Source of the DNA: Planctomycetota bacterium
GTDB lineage: Bacteria > Planctomycetota > UBA1135
Assembly: GCA_021776795.1 (NCBI GenBank)
Contig: JAJFFC010000007.1
Coordinates: forward strand, 4,824-68,823
Reading direction: 5' to 3'
DNA: 64,000 nt
Made by a program: the position numbers and the translations under genes. Below the pieces are notes generated by a model, which was not told the origin of the DNA, made no database searches, and saw only the letters and a program-made list of their open reading frames with translations. This document shows, in pieces, positions 28,981 through 38,085 of the stretch. How positions within the stretch are numbered: position 1 is the first letter of the stretch; each line of letters starts with the position of its first letter.

Positions 28981-29090
28981 GTGAATTCATGCCATCGGGA
29001 AGGCAGTCCCTACCTTCAGATTCAGATAACTCCGTCGAAATGAGTAACCGGGTTAAGGATCGTTGAAAATTTACTGGGTGGCGACAGATT

Positions 29091-31076
29091 GTGTGTCACG
29101 CTATCCTTGACAAGTGCCTTGTCGGCAAACCGTTGAGCCAAAATATCATGCAGCTACCAGACTGGATTTTAAAGAAACCAAATCGAGGTGAGAAGCTTCG
29201 GGAGGCATCCCAAGGCGCCCATTTTGCGAGCGGAAGCCTTTCCAATATTGGTGAAGCCCTCATTCGAGAATCTATTCAAAATTCGCTCGATGCGATTGAG
29301 GACGTAACAAAGCCAGTCGAGGTCTCTTTCATGCTGTCCGATGGCTCCTCTATTTCTGATGAAAGCATGGCGTATTGGTTTGACGGCCTGAAACCTCATG
29401 TTGAGGCCGCTGGAAGTGAAATTCTCCTATCCAATTCCCTAGACTGTGAGAATGAGAACTTCAAGTTCCTTAGTATTGAAGACTTCAATACTAAGGGATT
29501 GCAGGGCAACCACCATATTGATTATGTCGACGATCAAAATGAGCGGCCAGAGGACCGCAATTGGTTTTGGTACTTTTGGAGAACCGAGGGGCGATCGCCA
29601 AAGCGGGGAGAAGGGCGAGGCAAATGGGGGTTGGGCAAGTTTGTCTATCCCGCGAGTAGCAGTGTGCGGGCATTTTTCGGGCTAACCATTTCGAAGAATG
29701 AAAATCCACGTTTAATGGGCCAAACTGTATTATGCGCTCACAGGATCAATGGCGAGCAATACACATGCGATGGAGATTGGGGGATTAATGATGGAGGATT
29801 TGTTATCCCTGTCACGACTACACAAACCATTAGGAAGTTTTCTGAGGATTTTTCTCTGTCCAGGACATCAGAAAATGGCTTTTCGATAGTAATACCCTGG
29901 GTCTCAGGAGACCTTGATTTCGAAGGGATTTGCAAGCACGTAATTGCAAATTTTCTACAAGCAATCGCTGCGAATGAACTTAGGGTCTCAGTGAAGGAAG
30001 GCCAAAGCAACTGTGAGATTAACCAAGATACAATCGAACTAATTCTGGGAGAAATGGATGACGTTGAATTTAAAGAGAAATGGCTTGGATACTATTATCT
30101 TTTTCTTGAGGGAGAAACGAGGAAAGAGTCTGACTTTTACCATCTCCAACCTCCGGAGGCAGGGACCGCACCGAGATGGAATAGAATGTCTATGAAGCCG
30201 GAGAATGTTGAGGAGTTAAAGGAGAAAATCCATGAGGGCGAGGAAATTCTTGCCTTTCGTGTTCCAATCGCAGTCCAAAGATTATCGGGTCAAGCAGACG
30301 AGCCTTCATGTTTTTCAGTCATTTTGCAGCGAGCAACAACTAGGGCGAAGGGTGGGGTGGTGTTCCTTCGCGACTCTCTCAGGATTAGCGAAGAACGATC
30401 CCGTCCGAAAGTTACTGAGTTTAGGGCAATCGTGTTCATTTCTAGCGGCCCGCTGTCAGTGATGCTGAGTCACTGTGAGGGGCCTGCACACCTTCACTGG
30501 GACCATCACATGCCAGGAATAAAGTCTGGGCGCTACAAAAACGTTAAAAGCTGCTTGGATTTTGTAAGGCAATCTGTGAATGGAATCATTGCCCTAATAA
30601 GGAATACGAGTGATTCTCCAGACTTCGCAACTTTGTCCGGATTTTTTCCATGGAATGAAGCGGCGGGAGAGAATGCGCCCGGTGGAAGCGGGGGAAAAGG
30701 GACAAAGAAAAAGAAGAGGTCACCAAAGCCTCCGAAGCTTGAAGGCGGAATAGGAGTTCAGATTCGGATTGAAAGATACCAAGGTGGATTCAAAGTCCTT
30801 CCCGGCCCAAACTTTGACAGTTCAACGGTAAAGATCCGAATTCGTGTTGCATATGATACCTCGAGGGGAAACCCATTCAGTAAGTTCTCAGAGTTTGACT
30901 TTAATCTAAGAAAAATGGCCTGCAAATATTTTGGTTTAACGAGAGAGTTTGGAAAACTTAATGTCGTCACCCTTACAGATCTTTCTGATGACTTTTCATT
31001 CGCACTTGATGGATTTGATCGAAATCGCGACTTGGTGGTTCAAGCGCGAATGGAGAAGACGGAGAGGGAAGAATAA
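29091..31076 (+). CDS. GHKL (Bergerat-fold, HATPase_c-like) ATPase domain protein, otherwise uncharacterised: cassette gene A
   Basis: N-box ALIRESIQNSLDA (29268-29291), a G1-like SIEDFNTKGLQG and a G2-like GRGKWGLGKFVY. A Gly/Lys linker GGSGGKGTKKKKRSPKPPK precedes a ~115-aa C-terminal domain. The tracked start is GTG 29091; ATG 29148 (MQLPDW...) is a plausible alternative. Confidence 0.6.
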   Translation: MCHAILDKCLVGKPLSQNIMQLPDWILKKPNRGEKLREASQGAHFASGSLSNIGEALIRESIQNSLDAIEDVTKPVEVSFMLSDGSSISDESMAYWFDGLKPHVEAAGSEILLSNSLDCENENFKFLSIEDFNTKGLQGNHHIDYVDDQNERPEDRNWFWYFWRTEGRSPKRGEGRGKWGLGKFVYPASSSVRAFFGLTISKNENPRLMGQTVLCAHRINGEQYTCDGDWGINDGGFVIPVTTTQTIRKFSEDFSLSRTSENGFSIVIPWVSGDLDFEGICKHVIANFLQAIAANELRVSVKEGQSNCEINQDTIELILGEMDDVEFKEKWLGYYYLFLEGETRKESDFYHLQPPEAGTAPRWNRMSMKPENVEELKEKIHEGEEILAFRVPIAVQRLSGQADEPSCFSVILQRATTRAKGGVVFLRDSLRISEERSRPKVTEFRAIVFISSGPLSVMLSHCEGPAHLHWDHHMPGIKSGRYKNVKSCLDFVRQSVNGIIALIRNTSDSPDFATLSGFFPWNEAAGENAPGGSGGKGTKKKKRSPKPPKLEGGIGVQIRIERYQGGFKVLPGPNFDSSTVKIRIRVAYDTSRGNPFSKFSEFDFNLRKMACKYFGLTREFGKLNVVTLTDLSDDFSFALDGFDRNRDLVVQARMEKTEREE

Positions 31077-31829
31077 ATGGTAATCAGAAAGCTAAATTTT
31101 ACCGACAGGAAAAGGATAACTCGCAAACACATTTCCATCCGGATCTACAAGGAGGGGGCACATTGGATGGTTGCCTTCTTGCTGGACTTAAAGGAATTCT
31201 CTTTTCCTATGGGATCTCAAGTTTGCATTGATGTGTTTAGTCGTGGGTTTACTGCGCGCTTTAATTTGGGCACTATTGAAAATGCAGTAGGTGAATTGCC
31301 TTATGAACTTGGCGATGCTTATGATGCGAACCAGGTTACATATTTCGTTGTTGTAGTCCTTCGAGAAGATGGAAACAGCGAGTTCTTGGGAATCTCTCAA
31401 AAGATCTACCCAATCGCAATTGGCGAGGAAAGTGGGGCAGAATCTTTTGTGGGTGTCCACTCTTCAGATGACCTTGGTGAAGAAATTTGGTCTCTTGATT
31501 TGAATAACCTTTCTGGGCGGCCGGTAATTTATGTTAACAGTGACATTTCAAATGACCCACAGGGATGGCTGCGCGACCCGCGCAATGCTGGACTAATCCT
31601 TCCTGCAGTCTTTGAATCGCTTTGCAGGCATACGTTTTCGGAGGGAGAAGAAATCCAGGAAGACGATGGCGGATGGCAAGCTGGGTTGTTGGCCAATCTA
31701 AAAAGGTTATTACCAAATCGGGATTGGGACAGCGCAGGCGAGGGGGAGTGTTGGGAAAATATTCAGGATGCAAAGAGGGAGTTCGTTCGGCAAAATAAGT
31801 TTGCGACAAATTATTTGCAAGGCGGTTAA
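31077..31829 (+). CDS. hypothetical protein: cassette gene B
   Basis: 250-aa ORF whose ATG immediately follows the stop of gene A (TAAATG at 31074-31079). Same AT-rich composition as its neighbours. No recognisable motif. Confidence 0.6.
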   Translation: MVIRKLNFTDRKRITRKHISIRIYKEGAHWMVAFLLDLKEFSFPMGSQVCIDVFSRGFTARFNLGTIENAVGELPYELGDAYDANQVTYFVVVVLREDGNSEFLGISQKIYPIAIGEESGAESFVGVHSSDDLGEEIWSLDLNNLSGRPVIYVNSDISNDPQGWLRDPRNAGLILPAVFESLCRHTFSEGEEIQEDDGGWQAGLLANLKRLLPNRDWDSAGEGECWENIQDAKREFVRQNKFATNYLQGG

Positions 31830-31832
31830 GCA

Positions 31833-32549
31833 ATGATTCAAGTTTGTAAACTTACCCCTGACGGGTTCGCAAGATACGAGGCATTCCTTGCCAGGCTTAG
31901 CTCCGAACCTAATCTACAGCCCCCAGCGAACTTGATTGCCCCCAGTCGATTTTGCTTAGATTTACTGGCGGGCACGCCCCCACCAATTAATAAGAAATTC
32001 GATTCTAGGTTCGACTTGGGCCGTTTCTTGGTTGATTGGATTCCAAGCGAGTATCGGCGCGACAAAGGTGTATGGGCATGGTTGACCTTGTGCTTATTCG
32101 AAACTGTTTGTCCGCTCAAGTCCAATGGGACTAGGCCAACGGGGCAGACCGCGCGCTTGTTGCCGATTTTCGATGACTATCGAAGGCACTACAGGCACCT
32201 TCTTGCTGGCCCTTACCTAGTTTGCTTGGCCCAGAAGGAGACTCCCGAGTCAGCATTTGGCCTACTTTGTTTGCCGCCAGATAAGGCTGGGGATCTATAT
32301 GAACAGGTTGCGAGTAGGCAAGAACGGCTCGTAAATACTGGGCTATTAAATTTGTTAACGAAGCTATATGTCGATAGCTCAACAAAACGCCTGAAGCGCG
32401 GCGTACAAGGAAAGAAAGGAGGAGCCGCCCGCCGCATGGAGGCTTTTCTGTCGCAGCTTGAGCTTACCCATGACATTAAGAGTTTGACCCAAGAGGATCT
32501 CTGGGCGATGCTTCCGGGGGAGTTTGATCGTTTCAAAGAAGAGGGTTAA
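31833..32549 (+). CDS. hypothetical protein: cassette gene C
   Basis: 238-aa ORF starting 3 nt after the gene B stop. Basic C-terminal segment KRLKRGVQGKKGGAARR. No recognisable motif. Confidence 0.6.
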   Translation: MIQVCKLTPDGFARYEAFLARLSSEPNLQPPANLIAPSRFCLDLLAGTPPPINKKFDSRFDLGRFLVDWIPSEYRRDKGVWAWLTLCLFETVCPLKSNGTRPTGQTARLLPIFDDYRRHYRHLLAGPYLVCLAQKETPESAFGLLCLPPDKAGDLYEQVASRQERLVNTGLLNLLTKLYVDSSTKRLKRGVQGKKGGAARRMEAFLSQLELTHDIKSLTQEDLWAMLPGEFDRFKEEG

Positions 32550-32727
32550 GCCAACGACCGATTGTTCTTGCTTTTTCAAGGTTAGGCTAGGTAGGTGCAT
32601 TGAATAAAATCAATCGCCCTTGCCGGCTTGTCAGAAATAGATCCAGGTAAGTAGTTATTTCTAGTCCTCTTAGTTATGATCTTTATTAGCAAGCAATGCT
32701 GTTTGCGCTGACTTCATAGGAACTGTT

Positions 32728-34665
32728 GTGCCACAGAAAATTTTCGACGCGAGAGACGTAAGGTTTGCTCAAGGAGTGCTCTTCCAGCGTGACTCAATCC
32801 TTAGAATCCCAGAATACCAAAGGCCCTATGAGTGGCGAAAAAATGTCGAGGCGGCAACTTTGTGGGAAGACCTCACTACGCGCGAGGGCGAAAGACTGTT
32901 TGTTGGTTGCATCATCCGATTGGAGGGCGAAAAAGTCGAAAGTGAGAAAAATGGGGTAATGTATCATTGGAATGTAATCGAGCTGGTGGACGGTCAGCAA
33001 AGAGCTATGACGTCTTATATTTTACTCGGTGCCCTTAGGGATACGATGGCTCTTAAATCTCGAAACCTTCCTAGCGAAGATGCAGAGAGCGTCCTGAATG
33101 ATATCGTTCATGAAATTCAGCAACAGTTTTTTCAGTTTAAGAACAGAAAGAAATCCAATAAAGAGGACAATCCATTCTGGGGTTATCGTTTTGAAGCAAG
33201 GAAGTCACTGAAAACCTTTTTTGAGAAGAACATTTTGGACTTGGTTCCGCTTGATTCATGGAATGAAATTAAGTGGAATGCTAAGTGGGTGACAGATGCA
33301 AACAAGAACGAGGCAAGAACAATTAGGAGTAATTATGATTTTTTTCGAGGGAAGTTTATGGAGCTTCCGCTCAAAACGAGCGATGACTTTTATGCCCTTC
33401 GCGATGAGTTTGCTGAACACTTTGAAGCGCTTGATTCCGTCGCGATTGATTTGATTTCCCAAAAGCATAAGTACTCAGTATTTGAATCTATCAATTCGAA
33501 GGGTAAAGGTCTAGACACCTCTGATAAGGTAAAGAGTTGTTTGCTAAATCGTGTGAAATCCCAAACGGACAAGAATCGAATATATTCCTGTTGGGATGAG
33601 ATTCAGGCAATATCAAATCGCCTTCGGTCCTTTAATCCAAAGTCCGTGTTGCGCTATCATTGGCTCGCGAATCATGGGCATTGCACAATGACCAGCCTGC
33701 TGCCATCTATCTCAAAAAAGGTCAAGACTAGTGATGAAGCTATTGAGTTTGCTGTTGATTGTGTCGCCAGTGTAAAATTGCTGCACCTAATTCAAAGGGG
33801 AAGTCTTTCAGACCTTCGAGAGCACTTTGCAGGGGGAAAAAGCGCCCAATATCCCAAAACGATCCGGTCGCTATTGAAATTCCGAAATTATGTTCTCGCT
33901 GGAGGAACAATGCAGCCAATTCAGGTGTTGCTAGCTCTATTTCCAAAACAATCTCTTGTGCTAATGGATGACAAGGAGGTTTCTGAATTAGTCGAGATCT
34001 TTACGAAGTTTTGCTTTGCTTATTCTTCAGTCATGGATGGAAAGGGAAGCACGATGGAGAAGGCTTATGCAGCTAGTGCAAAAGCGCTAGCAAGCGCTCA
34101 TTCGGGCAATAGTTTGAAGGAATCGCGGAAAGCTGCTCTTGCATCAACAGAAGGTCTTCAAATTGACTTGATTAAGGCGTGGCCTTCAGAGGCATCGCTT
34201 CGAGAAAAAATCGAAAAATGGAAATATCTTAAAAGCAAGAATAAGAATAACTACAGGATTCGAACAGCTCTCCTCATGCTAGAAGAACATACTGACCCAG
34301 GCGGATTTTCAGAAGTTGAATTTCAAAACGTTAGTGTTGAACACGTTTCCCCTCAGAATCCGGATTTCACTGACAAGCATTGGGACAAGAAGGATGTCCT
34401 GGGGCATGAGAGAATTAAGAAATCTCGATATATTAACGCACTGGGTAACCTTACCCTACTTGGAACTTCTTTGAATAGCTCAATAAAGGCTCTGCCCCCC
34501 AGGAAAAAGTTTGAGCACCAAGCATTTATCAGTTCAAAGTACTCCCTTAACAAAAAGATTCGCGAGCAGATCTTAGGCGGAACAAACTGGAATTTAGCAT
34601 TTGTCAAGAGAAGAGATAAAAGCGTGCGCGATGATCTTGCGAAAATATTGCAGCCCCCTAAATGA
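32728..34665 (+). CDS. DUF262 (ParB-like NTPase/nuclease) + DUF1524 (His-Me finger) protein, GmrSD-like type IV restriction candidate
   Basis: DUF262 motifs RIPEYQRPYEW and LVDGQQR. C-terminal DUF1524-like SVEHVSPQNP...NALGNLTLLGTSLNSS. GTG start. Confidence 0.8.
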   Translation: MPQKIFDARDVRFAQGVLFQRDSILRIPEYQRPYEWRKNVEAATLWEDLTTREGERLFVGCIIRLEGEKVESEKNGVMYHWNVIELVDGQQRAMTSYILLGALRDTMALKSRNLPSEDAESVLNDIVHEIQQQFFQFKNRKKSNKEDNPFWGYRFEARKSLKTFFEKNILDLVPLDSWNEIKWNAKWVTDANKNEARTIRSNYDFFRGKFMELPLKTSDDFYALRDEFAEHFEALDSVAIDLISQKHKYSVFESINSKGKGLDTSDKVKSCLLNRVKSQTDKNRIYSCWDEIQAISNRLRSFNPKSVLRYHWLANHGHCTMTSLLPSISKKVKTSDEAIEFAVDCVASVKLLHLIQRGSLSDLREHFAGGKSAQYPKTIRSLLKFRNYVLAGGTMQPIQVLLALFPKQSLVLMDDKEVSELVEIFTKFCFAYSSVMDGKGSTMEKAYAASAKALASAHSGNSLKESRKAALASTEGLQIDLIKAWPSEASLREKIEKWKYLKSKNKNNYRIRTALLMLEEHTDPGGFSEVEFQNVSVEHVSPQNPDFTDKHWDKKDVLGHERIKKSRYINALGNLTLLGTSLNSSIKALPPRKKFEHQAFISSKYSLNKKIREQILGGTNWNLAFVKRRDKSVRDDLAKILQPPK

Positions 34666-36238
34666 GGTTAGACGCTAAAGCCTCGGCTATTTGAGTAGCG
34701 AGAAAGGGCGGAACAGCATTCCCAATTTGAATGTACTGGGCAGTCCGCGGACCGCAAAAGAAGTAGTCGTCAGGAAAAGTTTGCAGCCTAGCGGCTTCTC
34801 TGGGAGTCAGAGTTCTGCATTGATTAGGGTCAGGATGAATAAAGCCATGTCCGTCTCTTGAGAGATGGCTGGTAATCGTGGTAGCGGGTGAGCCCTTGAC
34901 TTGAACTCTGAACCGGTCATTAAAAAGATTTCCCTCTTTTACAGAGTCTTTGAAGTTTTGGTGATTCGGCCAGAGTATCCGCGGATAGTCGCGGGATTTT
35001 GGTGTCCTTGAATGAGCTTGCGCAAAGCATGAAGCGAACAAGTATCGGGCAAAATCCTCTGGCATGTGAGCCCTCCCCTCGTGATTGCACCATCCATCAA
35101 GGTGCTTGGAGGAAAGCCAGGAAGACAATTCGGTATGATTTTTTGCAATCCAATCAACACGGCGACTCCTGCCCCTGGGGATATATCTTCCGCCACTTCC
35201 ACTTCGAACGGTGCCACGCCCCAAGTTGCCTAGTGCGCGGTTCATTTGATTCCGAGTTTGTGGGTCAACCGCGCCCAGGATCCTTTCACTAACCTGATCC
35301 TTTACGCAATGTTGCCACTCTTCCCTTGTGCCAATGCCCCTGCTATTCCATGGGTGAATGTTAGGAATATCTTTTAAAACTTCCCACGCATTCACCTGAG
35401 GCCGAGTGCTAATCGATAAATCTTCCGTTCCCCTTAGTTGGTCCTCTCTGATGCCGATCACAATAACGCGGTGCCTGGACTGTGGAACACCATACCTTTC
35501 CGCCCGTACAATAAAATCCTTCGCGCTCCAAGGTTGCCGGCCAAACAAATCCCCTTCTGCTGCTTGAGGGGCAATCGGGAAAAGGTGGTACTTGGGTCTA
35601 TTCTTTACCTTCGATGCCCTCCCCGGATCTTGGAGGTCTCGTAGGATTTGGTCAAAAATTCCGTTCTTGGCGATTTTTGAAGAAAGGATGCCCTTTACAT
35701 TTTCCATCACAAAGGCGATGGGTTCAACGTTTGCAAGAATTCTCAGGTACTCTCGATAAAGAAAGTGTCTATTGTCATCTTCAGGGCGGTAATCCTTTGT
35801 TCCCTTATTTCGGCTTCTTCCAGCAAGAGAGTAGGCTTGGCATGGTGGACCTCCAATAAGGATTGCTTTCCCGCGGAGGCCTAATTCTCCAATTTTTGCA
35901 TCAACCCTTCGACGAGTGTTTGGACCCAATTCAAGGCAAAGCGATTCTTCTTTTGCTCTTTCCCATTCGGCAGGATGCTTCCTTAAAAAAAAGTCTTCCC
36001 GCTCGGCAGATGGTGCGCCGTGGTGAAGGTGATCAAAATAGTGTCTTGAAGGTTTTCCGAAAGGGAACTGCCGATAAAAACTTCTCAGGGTTAGCGTTTC
36101 ATGAGCATATCTATCCATTTCAATGGAGAGTGCAATTTTGAACGCCTTTCCGGACCGTGCTTTTGCAAAACCCTCTCCCAGTCCTCCTGGGCCTGCAAAT
36201 AGGTCAATGATCGGGATTGGTGTCTTGGGTAGTGACAT
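34658..36238 (-). CDS. DNA (cytosine-5)-methyltransferase
   Basis: Motif I DLFAGPGGLGEGF, motif IV GGPPCQAYS, motif VI FVMENVKG, motif X QIGNAVPP. It has a long variable region (526 aa total). Confidence 0.9.
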   Translation of the reverse strand: MSLPKTPIPIIDLFAGPGGLGEGFAKARSGKAFKIALSIEMDRYAHETLTLRSFYRQFPFGKPSRHYFDHLHHGAPSAEREDFFLRKHPAEWERAKEESLCLELGPNTRRRVDAKIGELGLRGKAILIGGPPCQAYSLAGRSRNKGTKDYRPEDDNRHFLYREYLRILANVEPIAFVMENVKGILSSKIAKNGIFDQILRDLQDPGRASKVKNRPKYHLFPIAPQAAEGDLFGRQPWSAKDFIVRAERYGVPQSRHRVIVIGIREDQLRGTEDLSISTRPQVNAWEVLKDIPNIHPWNSRGIGTREEWQHCVKDQVSERILGAVDPQTRNQMNRALGNLGRGTVRSGSGGRYIPRGRSRRVDWIAKNHTELSSWLSSKHLDGWCNHEGRAHMPEDFARYLFASCFAQAHSRTPKSRDYPRILWPNHQNFKDSVKEGNLFNDRFRVQVKGSPATTITSHLSRDGHGFIHPDPNQCRTLTPREAARLQTFPDDYFFCGPRTAQYIQIGNAVPPFLATQIAEALASNLI

Positions 36239-36372
36239 GCAGGAGTAAATTTATTCTACACCAGAGTGCAGGGCAACAAAATAATTGCAGACCGAAAACG
36301 AAATCACTTGTGGCATGTCCCCGATTTTCGTACAGCGACCAGGGGCTCGATTAACGACTATTCACTTCACCG

Positions 36373-37464
36373 CTATTGGCGGCTAGCATTGTAGCCCGCA
36401 AACCGCTCCAGCCGATAGGCCAGGGCGTCGGCAGCAAGCCCCATCTGAGGAATAACAGCTTTGGAACGCAGCGACTGCTCTAAACCCTGACAAGTTTCCT
36501 CTGGGAAATGATGAAGGATATTGCGGCCATCGATCGCGAGCATGTTTTCATCCATTGCTCGGTGATGATTGCGGCAAAGGCAGAGTCCGTTGTCCACGGC
36601 GAGTCCGCGTTCTTCAAAACCCTTCACCGGAAGCAGGTGGGCGCCCTCGAGAATCTGGGGGACTCCAATCGGGCATACCGCGCACATGCCACCGAAGTTC
36701 GCGAGGACGCGGCTTCTCCATGCTTGCTGCCCTTGGCGATGCTTCGCCGTGGTGTTGAGGAACTTCATGCTGGTGTCGCCCTGAGCAAGATGCTGAGTCA
36801 AATCCCAGCCGGTAGAAAGGTCGCCGGTCCCGTGCTTCCAAACGAGGTCCGCCTCCGCAACAATCAGGCCCATTTGTTCCAATGTGCAGGCGGCGGAAAG
36901 GAGTTCTGCATAAGGAAGCTGGGGAAAGCTCTGCTGCAGTTGCTGTGCGGAAATCGGGGTTTCTTGCGCGTCCCACCAGCCCCAAATATCTTCCAGGCGA
37001 TCGATTTCTTGGTGCCGCGCGTTTTCGCCCAAATCGCTTTCTAAACACAGGGTAAGGGCCTTCGACGGTTCATCCGCCCTAGTCTTCAACCACTGGAGTA
37101 TTTCCCCGCGCAGCCAAACCCTGGCTTGCGGGTCGGCAAGAACCTCCTGGAAGACTGGCTCCACTTCCAGTCGGTCGTCCATCCGTTGCCAGATTTGGTC
37201 TGGCATGGAGCCAGGCCTCACCGCCAAGTACTGTCCGGGTAAACGCCAGCGGCCAGGCCCCTCCAAGGCGTGATGCCGACTGAGCAGCAAGTCAAAGGCC
37301 TCCGAGAGTGACTGCCTGATCGGAATGGCCTCCGCGGAAGCGCGATTGGCATCGATGGCATCTAGGATCACCAGGATGAGGCTGACTTTGTACGTGGGCT
37401 TCGAGACCTTCATCCCACGCAAAGCTTCTTGCCATGCACGCCGCGATTGGTCGAGGGAGGTCAT
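36373..37464 (-). CDS. HNH endonuclease (HNH_2-type) with a ~230-aa uncharacterised N-terminal region
   Basis: C-terminal RQGQQAWRSRVLANFGGMCAVCPI...LEGAHLLPVK...NGLCLCRNHHRAMD. Confidence 0.75.
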   Translation of the reverse strand: MTSLDQSRRAWQEALRGMKVSKPTYKVSLILVILDAIDANRASAEAIPIRQSLSEAFDLLLSRHHALEGPGRWRLPGQYLAVRPGSMPDQIWQRMDDRLEVEPVFQEVLADPQARVWLRGEILQWLKTRADEPSKALTLCLESDLGENARHQEIDRLEDIWGWWDAQETPISAQQLQQSFPQLPYAELLSAACTLEQMGLIVAEADLVWKHGTGDLSTGWDLTQHLAQGDTSMKFLNTTAKHRQGQQAWRSRVLANFGGMCAVCPIGVPQILEGAHLLPVKGFEERGLAVDNGLCLCRNHHRAMDENMLAIDGRNILHHFPEETCQGLEQSLRSKAVIPQMGLAADALAYRLERFAGYNASRQ

Positions 37465-37878
37465 TTAGTCTTTACTCCAATAGTCTGCTTTAGCGGGAAT
37501 CACCCAACGAACGCCACCGCGCGGGTCAGCAACGTCGCCCGTGTATCTAGGCACAATGTGGATGTGCGCGTGCAGGACGGTTTGTCCGGCGGCGGTCCCG
37601 TCATTCAGGCCAATGTTGAATCCGTCCGGTTGGTATCGCTTTTGCACATCCGCGCGGACTTCGGCTACGAGACTCCACATAGCAAGCTGGTCTTCTTCGG
37701 AAAGGTCGAAGAAGCAGGCAACGTGCTGCCGTGGGACAATCAGGGAGTGTCCAGGTGAAATCGGAAAGGAGTCCAATAGAGCAACGGCCGAAGCATTTTC
37801 AGCCAGGACCTCAGTGGCGGGAGAGCAGAAGGGGCAAGTCAAGATATTGCTGGAGACCCCATGGTCGCCTTGGTTCAC
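37465..37878 (-). CDS. HIT (histidine triad) family nucleotide hydrolase/transferase
   Basis: Histidine triad HAHIHIVPR, and PISPGHSLIVPRQH. Its stop abuts the HNH start (TAAATG on the minus strand at 37462-37467). Confidence 0.85.
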   Translation of the reverse strand: MNQGDHGVSSNILTCPFCSPATEVLAENASAVALLDSFPISPGHSLIVPRQHVACFFDLSEEDQLAMWSLVAEVRADVQKRYQPDGFNIGLNDGTAAGQTVLHAHIHIVPRYTGDVADPRGGVRWVIPAKADYWSKD

Positions 37879-38085
37879 GGGCCACAGAATTCTCCTCGGC
37901 CATTTTGACCCGATGTCAGGCCCCCTTCAAACCCGGGCAAGGGCAGAGTGGATTGCAGAAGCGCCGTACTTCTCCGCCGACGAGATGGGAGGCCGAAATC
38001 CAGGCCGCACCACGTATCTCCCGCAAAAAAACAATAAAAAAGTATAGTAAAGGCTCAGGATTGCATGAAAATATAAAATCGAACT

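Noticed and set aside
28981-36372. Flanking direct repeats or att sites for the AT-richer block (compared 28981-29090 with 36239-36372)
   Set aside because: Only trivial A/T-rich heptamers are shared by eye (e.g. AAATTTA). There is no convincing repeat, tRNA or integrase, so I do not call a mobile element.
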